In this document: positions 6,863-17,800 of the stretch, piece after piece | Layout: every line of letters begins with the position of its first letter | How positions within the stretch are numbered: position 1 is the stretch's first letter | Origin: Betaproteobacteria bacterium | GTDB taxonomy: Bacteria; Pseudomonadota; Gammaproteobacteria; Burkholderiales; JACQAP01 | Direction: 5' to 3' | Assembly: GCA_052387775.1 (NCBI GenBank) | Contig: JBQTIV010000051.1 | Coordinates: 375 to 64,374, forward strand | Length of the DNA stretch: 64,000 bases | The notes under the pieces: generated by a model | The model's input: the letters and a program-made list of their open reading frames with translations, nothing else | Databases searched by the model: none | Told to the model about the DNA's origin: nothing | Made by a program: the position numbers and the translations under genes

Positions 6863-9208
6863 ATGCTGATCGACGAATCCACTGCACAGGGCGACGGGCC
6901 CGAGATGCACCTTTCGCTGCTGCAGACGGTGGGCCGGGTCCTTGCGGATGCGCCCTTGCCGGAGGATGCGCTCGACCGCATCATCCGCGCCGTCTGCACG
7001 GTGCTGCATTGGGACTTCGGCGCGCGATGGCGGGAAGACGAACCGACCCATGAACTGATCTGCACGCAGCAGTGGCACGCGCCCTTTCTGGATAACACTG
7101 CCTTCGTGGAAATGGTTCGCGGCACCTCGGCCCTGCCGCATTCGGGGGACCCGGTGCGCACGGTACTCCGGACCGGGCAACCGTGTATGCTCGAAGACAT
7201 GCCCGCCGCGTCCGCATCAGCTCGCGCGCAGGCTGCCGTGCAAGTCGGGCTGCGCTCGGCCTTCGCTTTTCCGCTACTCGCGGGCGGCCAGATTTTGGGT
7301 GTCCTGGAGTTCGCAGGCCGGCAGCCGCGACTGCAAAGCGAGCGGCTCCTCAAGACCGGCGCCACGATCGGCGCCATCGCGGGCGAGTTCATCGCGCGCG
7401 GACAGTCCGAAGAGCGCTATCGGAATCTGCTTGAACGCTCTGCCGATGCTATCGTGGTCCGCGGCGAAGGCGGTCACGTGTTCGCGAACCGCGCCGCGGA
7501 GTCGGCGCTGCGGGAACAGGAGCGGGCCATGTCCACGCTGCTGCGAAACCTGCCCGGCATGGCTTACCGATGTCGCCTCGACGATCACTGGACCCTCGAG
7601 TTCGTCAGCGACGGCGCCATGCACCTGACCGGCTATTCGGCCGGCGACCTGGTGGACAACCGCAAAATTTCCTTCATTCAACTGGTGCATCCCGACGATC
7701 GCGGCTGGGTCGTGGACGAAATCCGCGACAAGCTCGCGCACGGCGAGCGTTTCGTCATCGAGTACCAGATCGTCTGCGCCGACGGCGCGGTGAAGTGGGT
7801 GTCGGAAAAGGCGCAGGCGGTGCGCGATCCCTCTGGTGCGATTCTCGCGCTCGAAGGCATCATTGACGATGTCACCGAGCGCAAGCGCTTCGAGGAGCGC
7901 CTTGCCGTTCTCGCCCAGTACGACGTGCTCACCGGCCTGCCCAACCGCTCGTTGTTCTACGACCGGCTGCGCCAGGCCATCGTGCGAGCCCGCCGCGAGC
8001 AGACGATGGTGGGGCTGCTGTTTCTCGACCTGGACCGCTTCAAGCAGATCAACGACAGCCTCGGGCACGCCGCCGGCGATCGCGTGCTAAAGACCATCGC
8101 CGAGCGGCTCAAGGGTTTCCTGCGCGAAATTGACACCATTGCCCGCCTCGGCGGCGACGAGTTCACCGTCATCATCGAGGGCGTGAACGATGCGGCGCAG
8201 GTATCTGCCGTCGCCGAAAAGATCAGGGCCGCGCTGTCCGATCCGATAGTGATCGAGGGTCGCGACATGCTGGTCTCCGCGAGCGTGGGCATCACCCTCT
8301 ACCCGCGCGACGCCGAAGACATCGAGCACCTGGTGAAAAACGCCGACATCGCGATGTATCACGCCAAGAATCGCGGCGGCTGGCAGCAATTTCAGTTCTA
8401 CGATGAAGGCATGGCGCCGTTTGCCGCGGAGCGCCTCGAGATGGAGGCGAAACTGAAGCGCGCGCTGGCGAAAGGCGAATTCCTGCTGCAGTACCAGCCG
8501 ACCGTGGACATGAAGACCGGGGAGATCATCGGCATGGAAGCGCTGGTGCGCTGGAAGAGCCCGGAAGGACTGGTGCCCCCGGGGAAATTCATCCCGGTGG
8601 CGGAAGAATCCAGCCTCATCCTGGACATCGGCAGCTGGGTATTGAAGGCAGCATGCGCACAGCTGCGCGCGTGGCAAAAGGAAGGCCTGCCACCGTTGCG
8701 ATTGTCTGTGAATCTGTCACCGCTGCAGATCAAGCAGGGAAACCTGCTGGAGACGATCAGCGAGGTCCTGCGCGGTTCCGGCCTGGGCGCGGATCACCTG
8801 GAACTGGATATTAACGAGAATGCCATCATGGACCGCTCCGGCGACACCATTGCCACGCTCTTGCGTCTCGAGGAACTGGGGGTACACCTGTGTATCGACG
8901 ATTTCGGCACCGGCTATTCGAGCGTGGCTTATCTCAAGCGGTTTCCGGTGCACCAGCTCAAGATCGACAAGTCCTTCATTGCCGACATCACCGTGGACAG
9001 CAACTACGCGGCGATCGTCAGCGCGATCATCGCGATGGCCAAGAACCTCGGCCTGGGAGTGGCCGCGGAAGGCGTGGAAACCAAGGCCCAGCTCGAATTT
9101 CTACGGGCCGCGGGCTGCGATGCCTACCAGGGCTACTATTTCAGCGTGCCGCTGCCGGCGAATGCTTTTGCCGAACTTGTCAGGAGACAAGTGAAGAGTG
9201 ATGAGTAA
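6863..9208 (+). CDS. GAF-PAS-GGDEF-EAL signalling protein (c-di-GMP turnover)
   Basis: RLGGDEFTVII (GGDEF domain), then EALVRW, DDFGTGYSS and QGYYFS (EAL domain). A PAS-like segment and an N-terminal GAF-like segment precede them. The start is uncertain (6863 or 6905). The stop TAA at 9206-9208 lies inside repeat H4. Confidence 0.9.
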   Translation: MLIDESTAQGDGPEMHLSLLQTVGRVLADAPLPEDALDRIIRAVCTVLHWDFGARWREDEPTHELICTQQWHAPFLDNTAFVEMVRGTSALPHSGDPVRTVLRTGQPCMLEDMPAASASARAQAAVQVGLRSAFAFPLLAGGQILGVLEFAGRQPRLQSERLLKTGATIGAIAGEFIARGQSEERYRNLLERSADAIVVRGEGGHVFANRAAESALREQERAMSTLLRNLPGMAYRCRLDDHWTLEFVSDGAMHLTGYSAGDLVDNRKISFIQLVHPDDRGWVVDEIRDKLAHGERFVIEYQIVCADGAVKWVSEKAQAVRDPSGAILALEGIIDDVTERKRFEERLAVLAQYDVLTGLPNRSLFYDRLRQAIVRARREQTMVGLLFLDLDRFKQINDSLGHAAGDRVLKTIAERLKGFLREIDTIARLGGDEFTVIIEGVNDAAQVSAVAEKIRAALSDPIVIEGRDMLVSASVGITLYPRDAEDIEHLVKNADIAMYHAKNRGGWQQFQFYDEGMAPFAAERLEMEAKLKRALAKGEFLLQYQPTVDMKTGEIIGMEALVRWKSPEGLVPPGKFIPVAEESSLILDIGSWVLKAACAQLRAWQKEGLPPLRLSVNLSPLQIKQGNLLETISEVLRGSGLGADHLELDINENAIMDRSGDTIATLLRLEELGVHLCIDDFGTGYSSVAYLKRFPVHQLKIDKSFIADITVDSNYAAIVSAIIAMAKNLGLGVAAEGVETKAQLEFLRAAGCDAYQGYYFSVPLPANAFAELVRRQVKSDE

Positions 9209-9377
9209 TGGGTGAAAAGTGACCGATAGGAAAAAGCAAGGGCCGCGATGCGGCCCTTTTTTTACAGAGGCTTTTCCCCTCACTCATCACCCATTGCCCA
9301 TCCCCCATCACTCGTCACCCGTCCCTCATCCCTCGTCACGCCGTCACGATCGTCACCGCCGTCACGGCCGTCACGGC
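9191..9377. repeat. Composite heptamer/nonamer-array element H4 between convergent genes
   Basis: Left arm GTGAAGA GTGATGA GTAATGG GTGAAAA GTGACCG. A central perfect terminator hairpin follows. Right arm TCACTCA TCACCCA TTGCCCA TCCCCCA TCACTCG TCACCCG..., then CGTCACGNN x5. Confidence 0.9.
9231..9263. terminator. Bidirectional intrinsic terminator
   Basis: AAAAA-GCAA-GGGCCGC-GAT-GCGGCCC-TTTTTTT. The stem is 7 bp of G/C, with a T7 run on the plus strand and an A5 run on the other side. It lies between convergent genes. Confidence 0.85.
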
Positions 9378-9382
9378 ATTTT

Positions 9383-9646
9383 TCACCTTCTCCTGCCTCT
9401 CGACGGGAATTCATGCGCTTCGTTGACGCGCAGCGGCTGGCCCTTGAATTCCTTGCCGTTCAATCCGGCAATTGCAGCAAGCGAGTGGTTGCGGCCAGGC
9501 ATCTCGACGAAGCCGAAACCCTTGCCGACACCGGAAAACAGTTCGCGCTTCACTTCCGTCGATTTCACCTCGCCGAAGGGCTTGAACAGTTCGAGTAGAT
9601 CGGTTTCGGTAACTTCAGGTGCAAGGTTGCCGACGAAGATGTTCAT
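9383..9646 (-). CDS. RRM-type RNA-binding protein
   Basis: MNIFVGNL (RNP2) and KGFGFVEM (RNP1). Trimmed from the 174-aa ORF to the Met that precedes RNP2. Confidence 0.9.
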   Translation of the reverse strand: MNIFVGNLAPEVTETDLLELFKPFGEVKSTEVKRELFSGVGKGFGFVEMPGRNHSLAAIAGLNGKEFKGQPLRVNEAHEFPSRGRRR

Positions 9647-9704
9647 GTCATTCTCCACTTTGGTTTCGAAAACGAAATCACCGCGTCCAAGGCGGCGCCT
9701 CGGT

Positions 9705-11069
9705 TCAGCGATCGCCGCCGAGCAGGGCCGCCGCCGGCCGGCTGCGGCGTTGCTGCGGCTCCGAACGCCGGAACGGCTGCCCGCCCTGCGGCCTGTCGCC
9801 ATTGCGGCCATTACGCCCGCGGGCGCCGTTGGCCGGGCCCTGCCTGTTGCGCTGCGGACGCTGTTGCTGCGATCGCGCATGCCTTGCCGCAGGCGGCGGC
9901 GCAGCATCGAATCTCGCCATGCCGCAGCCGGGTTCGAACCCCTCGACCACCACGCGTTCGACGCGTCGTTGCATCATGCGTTCGATATCGCGCAGGAAGC
10001 CGGTTTCCTCGCTGCACACCAGGGACACGGCGCAGCCATCGGCCCCGGCGCGGCCGGTGCGGCCGATGCGGTGCATGTAATCGTCCGAAACATTGGGTAG
10101 TTCGAAATTCACCACGTGCGGCAGCAGTTCGATGTCGAGTCCGCGGGCGGCGACGTCGGTCGCCACCAGCACGCGCAACTTCCCTGCCTTGAACTGGCTG
10201 AGCACCCGGGTGCGTTGACTTTGGTTCTTGTTGCCGTGGATGGCGTCGGCCGTGATGCCGTCGCGATCCAGTTGCTCCGCGAGACGGCTCGCACCGTGCT
10301 TGGTACGGGAGAATACCAGGACCTGGCGCCAGTCGCCGCTGGTGATCAGGTGCGTGAGCAGCGCACGCTTGCGGTCCCTGTCCACCGGATGCACGACCTG
10401 TGAAATCAGGTTCGACGTGGCATCCGTTCTTGCCACTGCAACCTCTACCGGCGCCTTTAGAAAGGAATCGGCAAGTCCGCGAATCTCCTTGGAGAATGTG
10501 GCGGAGAAGAACAGGTTCTGCCTTTTCCCGGGCAGCGAGGTGAGGATGCGGCGAATGTCGCGGATGAAGCCCATGTCGAGCATGCGATCGGCCTCGTCGA
10601 GCACCAGGAATTCGACGTTGGAAAGATCCGCCGTTCTCTGCTCAAGGTGGTCCAGCAGCCGCCCAGGCGTGGCGACCAGGATATCCACGCCCTGGCGCAG
10701 CGCGCGAATTTGCTGGCTCATGCTGGTGCCGCCGTAAACGCTCGCGGAGCGAAGGCGCAGGTGGCTGCCGTAAGTGCGCACGGCTTCCTCGACCTGCGCG
10801 GCCAGTTCGCGCGTCGGTGTGAGGATCAGCGCACGGATTGGGCGGGATGCGTTGACGCCAGCCGGTTTCGCCGAAAGCAATTGCAACAGCGGCAGGGTGA
10901 AGCCCGCGGTCTTGCCGGTGCCGGTCTGGGCGCCGGCAAGAATATCGCGGCCCTGCAGGATGACCGGGATGGCTTGCGCCTGCACCGGGGTGGGTTGCGT
11001 GTAACCCTGATCGGCGACAGCGCGGATCAGCTCGGCACGCAGGCCGAGGCCTTCGAATGACGTAGTAAT
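9705..11069 (-). CDS. rhlE: DEAD-box ATP-dependent RNA helicase with RG-rich tail
   Basis: Q-motif [26 protein letters not shown] and [10 protein letters not shown]. The Q-motif lies upstream of the first ATG/GTG/TTG. The frame opens after the TAG at 11132-11130. AGGAGA plus 5 nt precedes ATT at 11069-11067, giving [10 protein letters not shown]. Confidence 0.9.
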   Translation of the reverse strand: MTTSFEGLGLRAELIRAVADQGYTQPTPVQAQAIPVILQGRDILAGAQTGTGKTAGFTLPLLQLLSAKPAGVNASRPIRALILTPTRELAAQVEEAVRTYGSHLRLRSASVYGGTSMSQQIRALRQGVDILVATPGRLLDHLEQRTADLSNVEFLVLDEADRMLDMGFIRDIRRILTSLPGKRQNLFFSATFSKEIRGLADSFLKAPVEVAVARTDATSNLISQVVHPVDRDRKRALLTHLITSGDWRQVLVFSRTKHGASRLAEQLDRDGITADAIHGNKNQSQRTRVLSQFKAGKLRVLVATDVAARGLDIELLPHVVNFELPNVSDDYMHRIGRTGRAGADGCAVSLVCSEETGFLRDIERMMQRRVERVVVEGFEPGCGMARFDAAPPPAARHARSQQQRPQRNRQGPANGARGRNGRNGDRPQGGQPFRRSEPQQRRSRPAAALLGGDR

Positions 11070-11232
11070 GGATATCTCCTGAAACAGCCTGCGGAAGCCA
11101 CGCTTCCGAACCGGTTCAGGCAGAATCGACTAGGGTTGAAAACTTCGGGGAAGAACGACCACCACGAAAGGGCTGAGACGCGGACCGATTGACGCGAACC
11201 AAAATCCTTGGCGCGCACTATACAGGTCCGGC

Positions 11233-11337
11233 GCCCGAATGTCTCGTATTTTTTGTGGAGGCGTGAAGGGTGAAGGGAGAAGCAGGACTGAGGATTGAGG
11301 ATTGAGGACTTTCACCCTTCACTCCTTCACTCCTTCA
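11233..11337. repeat. Composite hairpin element H5 (conserved tail + GTGAAGG arms + GAGGATT core)
   Basis: Tail CCGAATGTCTCGTATTTTTTGTGGAGGC. Left arm GTGAAGGGTGAAGGGAGAAG. Core CAGGACTGAGGATTGAGGATTGAGGACT. Right arm TTCACCCTTCACTCCTTCACTCCTTCA. The last TCA is the nrdJ stop codon on the minus strand. Confidence 0.9.
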
Positions 11338-14172
11338 GCCGCACGCGCCGATCGCGCCGCAGGCGGTGCAGAACTCGCAGCCGTCCTTCCTGATGACCGC
11401 GGTGTTGCCGCACTCCTTGCAGCGTTTGCCCGGCAATACCCGCAATTCTTCGCGTTCGCGCGCGGCCTCGGGGATCTCGAGCACGCCCATTTCGTTCACC
11501 GGATAGCCGCGCTCATCGAGCACACCCAGCATGGCGTAGCGATGGATGATGAGCCGCGCCACGTAGGCCACGGTGCTGGGCCAGTTCTGCTGGCGATTTT
11601 CGCCAGGCACGCGCCCCATGAAGTCACCCAGCGGCTCGGCATAGTTGAGCAGTTTGCGCAGCTTCATGCCGATCCAGGCCGGGTCGATGACGCGCATGTC
11701 CAGCGATAGCAGCTTGCACAATCCATCGAGCGAGCGCGGATAAGTGCCGGCCATCCACACCGAGTACGGCCGGCGCTGGCCCGAAGGCAGCACCAGCTCC
11801 TTGAGGATCAGCACGAAATCATCGCCCGAACTCGGGTTGAAGACGTCCACCGACCAGGACATGGTGCCGTCGGTGCCGGTCTTGGGTTCCTTTTTCGCAA
11901 ACAACGCATCGAGCACCGGCGATCGCGCGTCGCGCGCAGCGAGCGCGCCCAGTTGATCGACACGCCAGGCCACGATGCGGCCAAAAGCGGCCACCACGCT
12001 CGGCACGCGCATGGCTTTCCCGTCCGGCGGCAGCGAGCAAACGAAGGCATCGTCGCCGGCGGTGCGCGACAGGATGTCGAGCTTCATACGCAGCCAGGCC
12101 TTGTCCTGCGCGCGCATGTCCATGGATAGCGTCTTGGCCACCGCACCGATTCCGCGCGGCTGCTCGGCGCCGTTGACCCAGACTTCGAAGGCATGCGGGT
12201 CGCCGTTGTCGACGTGGCCGACGAAGATCGCGAACTGGCCGAAGGGCGATTCCACCATGTAGGTCCACGCCGGATTGCCGGCCGCGAGCCGCGGACTGCT
12301 CGGCCAGCGCAGGCTCGACAGCGCCGGCTTCGGCGCCGCCTCCAGCCGGATGCGGCGGTCCGCATCCGAAGTATCGAGGTCGTTCGGCGCTTCCTCACGG
12401 GCAGTCACCGAAAGCACGCTCCCAAGCACGCTGTTGGGACGATATGTGGTGATGCCTTTTAGCCCCGACTTCCAGGCCTCGAAATAGAGGTCCTTGAAAT
12501 TGTCAAAGGGATAGTCCTCCGGCACGTTCACGGTCTTGCTGATCGCCGAGTCCACGAACGGCGCCACCGCCGCGACCATGCGCATGTGGTCGAGCGCGGA
12601 GATTTCCAGCGCGGTCACGAATTGCTGAGGCAGCTTCTCGACGTTGCCGCCGAGATGGCGGTACAGACGCCAGGCGTGGTCCTCGACTTCGTAGACCTTG
12701 TGCGTTCCGTCGGACTCGCGTTTCTTGCGCTGGTAGGTCCACGAGTACGGCGGCTCTATGCCATTGGCCGAGTTGTCGGCGAAGGCGAGCGAAATGGTGC
12801 CCGTCGGCGCGATCGACAGCAGGTGCGAATTGCGCAGACCATGCTTGCGGATCGCCTGCTTGAGCGCTTGCGGCAACCGCGAAGCGAAACGCGGCGCGGC
12901 GAGATACTGCTCCGCATCGAGCAGCGGAAAGGCGCCCTTCTCCTGCGCCAGTTCCACGGAGGCCGCGTAGGACTGGTCGCGCATCGCCTCTGCGATCCGC
13001 CCTGCCATGGCCCGTGCTTCTTGCGTGTCGTAACGCAAGCCAAGCATGATCAACGCATCGCCCAGCCCGGTGAAACCCAGTCCGATGCGGCGCTTGTCGT
13101 GCGCCTCCTGCTTCTGCTGAGGCAGCGGCCACACGGTGGCGTCAAGCACGTTGTCTAGCATGCGCACCGCCACTTTGGTGACTTTCGCGAACGACTCGAA
13201 ATCGAAGCGCGCCTTGGGCGCGAACGGCTGCGATACAAACGGCGTGAGATTGACGCTGCCGAGGCAGCAGCAGCCGTAGGCTGGGAGCGGTTCCTCGCCA
13301 CACGGGTTGGTCGCCTCGATGGTCTCGCAGTAGGAAAGGTTGTTGTCGTCGTTCACCCGGTCGATGAAAATCACTCCAGGCTCGGCGTGGTCGTACGTCG
13401 ATTCCATGATCTGTTTCCACAGGTCGCGGGCCTTGACCGTGCGGTACACCCACAGGCCGTCGGCGCGCGGCTTCGCCGGCGCAGCGCCCTGCCCCGCGCC
13501 GGGTGGCACTGTGGGCACCAATTCCCAGTCGCCCTCAGCTTCCACCGCGCGCATGAAGCCGTCGGTGACGGCGACGCTGACGTTGAAATTGCTGAGGCCG
13601 CCCTCGTCCTTGGCGTGGATGAAGCGCTCGATATCGGGATGATCGCAGCGCAGGACGCCCATCTGCGCGCCACGGCGGGAACCGGCCGATTCCACGGTCT
13701 CGCAGCTCTGGTCGAACACGCGCATGTAGGACACCGGGCCGCTGGCACTGCTCTGTGTGCCGCGCACCAGCGCGCCGTGCGGCCGGATCGCGGAGAAGTC
13801 ATAGCCGACACCGCCGCCGCGGCGCATGGTCTCCGCCGCCTCCATCAGCGCCAGATAGATGCCCGGCTTGGCGTCCACCGTTTCGGAAACCGAGTCCCCG
13901 ACCGGCTGTACAAAACAATTGATGAGCGTGGCCGAGAGCCGTGTTCCGGCCGCGGAATTGATCCGGCCGCCCGGAATGAAGCCTTTTTCCAGCGCCTCGC
14001 AGAACACCGGCTCCCATCGGGCCGGATCCTTCTCCACCGCCGCCAGCGCCGCCGCCACCCGCCTGCGCACCTGCTCTACGGTCTTTTCGCCATCCTTGGC
14101 ATACTTCTCGAGCAGCACGTCGAGGCTGACCTGTTGCGAGGAAAGGGCAAGATTGGTGTCGTTGAGTTTCAT
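11335..14172 (-). CDS. nrdJ: Class II (adenosylcobalamin-dependent) ribonucleotide reductase
   Basis: 945 aa with the active-site region [19 protein letters not shown] and a C-terminal Cys cluster [22 protein letters not shown]. Size and N-terminus fit NrdJ. Confidence 0.9.
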   Translation of the reverse strand: MKLNDTNLALSSQQVSLDVLLEKYAKDGEKTVEQVRRRVAAALAAVEKDPARWEPVFCEALEKGFIPGGRINSAAGTRLSATLINCFVQPVGDSVSETVDAKPGIYLALMEAAETMRRGGGVGYDFSAIRPHGALVRGTQSSASGPVSYMRVFDQSCETVESAGSRRGAQMGVLRCDHPDIERFIHAKDEGGLSNFNVSVAVTDGFMRAVEAEGDWELVPTVPPGAGQGAAPAKPRADGLWVYRTVKARDLWKQIMESTYDHAEPGVIFIDRVNDDNNLSYCETIEATNPCGEEPLPAYGCCCLGSVNLTPFVSQPFAPKARFDFESFAKVTKVAVRMLDNVLDATVWPLPQQKQEAHDKRRIGLGFTGLGDALIMLGLRYDTQEARAMAGRIAEAMRDQSYAASVELAQEKGAFPLLDAEQYLAAPRFASRLPQALKQAIRKHGLRNSHLLSIAPTGTISLAFADNSANGIEPPYSWTYQRKKRESDGTHKVYEVEDHAWRLYRHLGGNVEKLPQQFVTALEISALDHMRMVAAVAPFVDSAISKTVNVPEDYPFDNFKDLYFEAWKSGLKGITTYRPNSVLGSVLSVTAREEAPNDLDTSDADRRIRLEAAPKPALSSLRWPSSPRLAAGNPAWTYMVESPFGQFAIFVGHVDNGDPHAFEVWVNGAEQPRGIGAVAKTLSMDMRAQDKAWLRMKLDILSRTAGDDAFVCSLPPDGKAMRVPSVVAAFGRIVAWRVDQLGALAARDARSPVLDALFAKKEPKTGTDGTMSWSVDVFNPSSGDDFVLILKELVLPSGQRRPYSVWMAGTYPRSLDGLCKLLSLDMRVIDPAWIGMKLRKLLNYAEPLGDFMGRVPGENRQQNWPSTVAYVARLIIHRYAMLGVLDERGYPVNEMGVLEIPEAAREREELRVLPGKRCKECGNTAVIRKDGCEFCTACGAIGACG

Positions 14173-14350
14173 CGTTGGTTCCTGGTTTCGGGGGGCGGCT
14201 GTTGGGAATCGGACAACAATACGTAATGATACTGCGTCGCGGCGCGCAAGACCTGCCTACCCGGGGGAGAGTTGGGTTCATCGCGCTGCCCGCCGATGTG
14301 CGCTATCCTCGCCCTGGTTATCCAACGCACCGCCAGAACCGGAGATTACC

Positions 14351-14719
14351 GTGCGCGGCCACTGCCTCCTCAAGCTGTTCCTGTTGAGCCTTGCCCTGCC
14401 TTACTCCGCGGCAGTATTGGCAGCGAACCTGAATTTCCTCGGCAACACCCCGATCAGTCGCATGACCCAGGAAGACATCGACATTTTCTACGGGGCCGCG
14501 GTCAAGGCGCTCGACTCCGCCGCCGATGGCGAGCAGCGGCGCTGGGAAAACCCGACGACGCGCGCGGGCGGAACGCTGACCCCGCTCAGAACCTACCCCG
14601 GTCCGGTGGACCGCTGCCGCGACCTGCAGGTAGAAAATTCCGCCGGCGGGCTGAGTAACCGCGTGGTCGTGTCGATGTGCAAGCAAGCCGACGGAGCATG
14701 GAAAAAGACCGCCGAGTGA
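14351..14719 (+). CDS. Small secreted surface-antigen-like protein (RT0821/Lpp0805-type)
   Basis: GTG start followed by a signal peptide. Pattern W.NP.T...GT.TP..T......CR......N........MC.Q.DG.WK. The first 164 codons of ORF 13859..14719 are antisense to nrdJ and were discarded. Confidence 0.65.
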   Translation: MRGHCLLKLFLLSLALPYSAAVLAANLNFLGNTPISRMTQEDIDIFYGAAVKALDSAADGEQRRWENPTTRAGGTLTPLRTYPGPVDRCRDLQVENSAGGLSNRVVVSMCKQADGAWKKTAE

Positions 14720-14863
14720 TCTGAACGGCCGCCGCATGGATTTTCGCGCCGCACGCAGGCGTAGCGTCGGGCCGTTCTCGGACCCGGCATCCAGGGCAGC
14801 CGCAACGGCCCGCGAACGCAATCCATTTCTGCATTTCAGAATCCGCCCACCGACAGGCGCCAT

Positions 14864-17800
14864 ATGAAGCGATATTTGCGCGTGATTGCAATGGTTTTTT
14901 CCGCGCTGGTCGCCGTGGTCATTGGCGTCGCGCTGTCCACCCCGCTGTGGATAAACGAGGGCGCCGTTAAACGCGAGATCGCCGAGCAGGTGTCACGCGC
15001 CACCGGCGACAGCGTGGACCTCGACCGCATCGAGATTCGCTTCTTTCCGCTTCGCCGCGTGGTGATTTCCGGCCTGACATACTCCAAGCCGGGCATGCTC
15101 GAAATGCAGGCGCAGTCCGCCGCGGTCAGTCTCGACTGGTGGGCGCTTTTGGCAGGCCGTGTGCAGACGCGAGACGTAAACCTCTCAGGCGTGCGCATCT
15201 CTGTACGCCTGCCCGTTGGCGGACCGGAAACGAAGGCGGTTTCCGAACCGCTTTTCCTGGACCTTGCCGATCGCCGGCTGAGACAGCTGGTTGGGCAGTT
15301 CACCGCTGGCAGACCGAACCTGCGGGTGACGATCGACGACGCCCGCGTGGAAGTGTTGATTGGCGATCACCCGCCGCTGGAACTGCAGGCAGCGCGCGCG
15401 CGACTCGGTGTTTCTGCCGGAAACATCGATGTGGAGTTCGCCTGCAGTTCGAACCTTTGGGAAAAACTGGCCCTTGCGTTCACGCTCTCCGCTGCCGATC
15501 TTGGCGGCGCCGGGCGCGCCGAAATCATCGGCCTGCAGACCAGTCGCCTCAACAGTCTGCTGGGACTGGCGCTCGACTCTCCGAGCGCGGAAGCGACGGT
15601 CATCGCCCGGATCGACTGGCGCATGCAGGGACTGAAGAACCTGAATGCAGATTTCATCGCGTCAGCGCCACAGGTCACCGTGCTGCGCGGTACCAACTGG
15701 CACGCATTTTCCGGCGTGGTCATCGCCGCCGGATTTCAGACCCGGGGCCGCGCGCTGGAAGCGAATTTGAATCGTCTTTACCTGCGCTCCCCGCACCTCA
15801 TGGCGAGCGGCAAACTGGCACGGCACGAAAGTGGCGACTATTCGCTGGAGGGCAATGCCGCCGGCATCGATATCGATGAGCTGATGGCCGCCGCCCGCGA
15901 CATCGCGCCCGAAATGCCCTGGATCGCGCAGCCGCCTGTCGCCATTCGCGGCGGAACGGTCGCTGCGCTGCGAATCGGCAGCCATGCCGATGCCGCCTCA
16001 GAGCTGCTGCGCCGCGACCTGTTGCAGCTCGAAGCGGCAGTCGAAGGCGTTGGTTTTGACTTCGCGCGCAAGGGCATCCGCATCCGCGATGTCAGCGGCC
16101 GCTTGTCGATCGAGGGCGGCAAACTGCGCGTTCAGAACCTCACCGCCCGCCTCGGGAAATCGGTTCTGCGTAACGCACGCCTCGCCACCGATTTTCTGAG
16201 CGAGCACCTTAGGCTTAGTGCCGAGGCCGAGCTGGCGGCCGACCTGGCAGAATCCCTGGTGCTGGCAAGACAGCTGCTGCCCGACACCGAACTTCGATCA
16301 CGGCTCGACGAGCTGGAGCAGTTCGAAGGCAAGGCGCTCGTTCGTCTCGCGCTGCAGGGCAGCTTGAAAGCACCAACGCTGCGGTTCGACGTGGCGGAAA
16401 TGAATCTCAACGCGCGCCACCGCGCGGTGCCATTGCCAATTCGGGTATCGAGGGGACAGGCAGCCTACACCGGGGATGCGGTCTCACTGCACGCAGTGGA
16501 CGGAAATGTCGGTGAGTCGCAATTCACCGGACTCGATGCTTCCGTCAGTGTGCAGCCGCCTCATCGCTTCAGCGTCCGTAACGAGCACGCCACACTCTCG
16601 TCGGCGGAATTGCTTGGCTGGGCCGCGGCCCTCCCGCAATTTGGAAAAACGCTGGCCCCGTTGAAACGTGTCTCCGGGACCATCGAGTTGTCCGCCTCGC
16701 GGGCGGAGGGGTCGTTGCGGAAACCCGAAGACTGGCTGTTTCGCATCATCGCCACGCCGCGAGGCCTGACGGTTCACGCGCCGGATTTCGGTCCGGAACT
16801 CAAACTCGACGGCGGCACTGTCGAACTCTCCCGGCTCGAGGCCGGCGTGAAGGGCGTTGGCGTCGCGCTCATGGATGCCGCCTTCAGGGTGTCCGCACAT
16901 GCCGCCGACTATCGCAAACGAATAACCGAACTGGATGCGAGCGCGAACGGAAAGCTGGGCGCCGAGGCGCTCGCCTGGATCTACCAGAGCGCAAAAATCC
17001 CGCGTGCGCTGCAGATGCGTGCGCCTATCGAAGTCAGCGACGCCGCCCTCACGCTCAGCGGCCGGAACGACATTCGCTTCAAAGGTCGATTCCGCATTGC
17101 CGGCGGACCGGTGTTAGGGGTGGAAGGCCGGCGAACCGCCAAGACCTGGGAAATCGGCAAGGTCACGGTGAAGGACACCCTTTCCGATGCCAGCTTCGGC
17201 GGCAGACTGGCGGACAGAAACGCGAAAGGCTGGTTCAAGGGACGACTATTCGGTGAAACGCTGGCGCACACTTTCGTCGAACCGGCGCTATCGGTCGGTG
17301 AATTAAAGGGCGATTTCGTTGCCGCAGCCGACCTGGAAAAACTCAAACATCTCACTGCGCAGGGACGCCTGGAAGGATCGGGCATCAAGCTGGCGACATT
17401 GCTCCCGGTGCCCGTCGAGGCACAGCGGTTCGCCATCAGTGCCGATGGAGCCAGGATAACCGTCAGCGAGGCCAGGCTTTCCAGCGGGGACAGCCAGGTC
17501 GAGGTCGTCGGTACGCTGGAACGACGCGCAAACAAGTTTACCCTCGATGCCGATGTCCGTTCGGAGCGGATTGTGGTGCCCAAGCTTGCCTCGGCCTCGG
17601 GTTCGGAGCGGACCGATCGGTTGCTGAAGATCCCTCTGGCAGAGCTTCCAATAGACGGGCGTATCGGAGTCAACGTCAAGCACCTGGCGATCGGCGACCT
17701 GGAAATCTCGCCACTGCTCGCGGGGGCCACGCTTGCCGACGCGAAACTCGATCTTGACATCAGCGACGCCGCCATCTGTGGCATCAACCTGGCCGGCGGC

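Noticed and set aside
9219-10100. 293-aa plus-strand ORF spanning element H4 and the RRM/helicase region
   Set aside because: Its N-terminus is translated repeat (HHPLPIPHHSSPVPHPSS). The rest is antisense to two well-supported genes.
11233-11262. Outward-facing promoter inside the conserved tail of elements H5/H6
   Set aside because: The candidate -35/-10 hexamers (TTCACC or TTCACG with AAATAC or AGACAT) are poor matches to sigma-70 consensus. It is kept only as a possibility to test by 5-prime end mapping.
13859-14350. N-terminal 164 codons of ORF 13859-14719
   Set aside because: They are antisense to nrdJ. A GTG at 14351 followed by a signal peptide gives a coherent small secreted protein.
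14173-14350. NrdR box or cobalamin riboswitch upstream of nrdJ
   Set aside because: I found no 16-bp palindrome resembling acaCwAtATaTwGtgt and no B12-box. ACAACAATACGTAATGATACTG is not palindromic. This cannot be excluded without a covariance-model scan.
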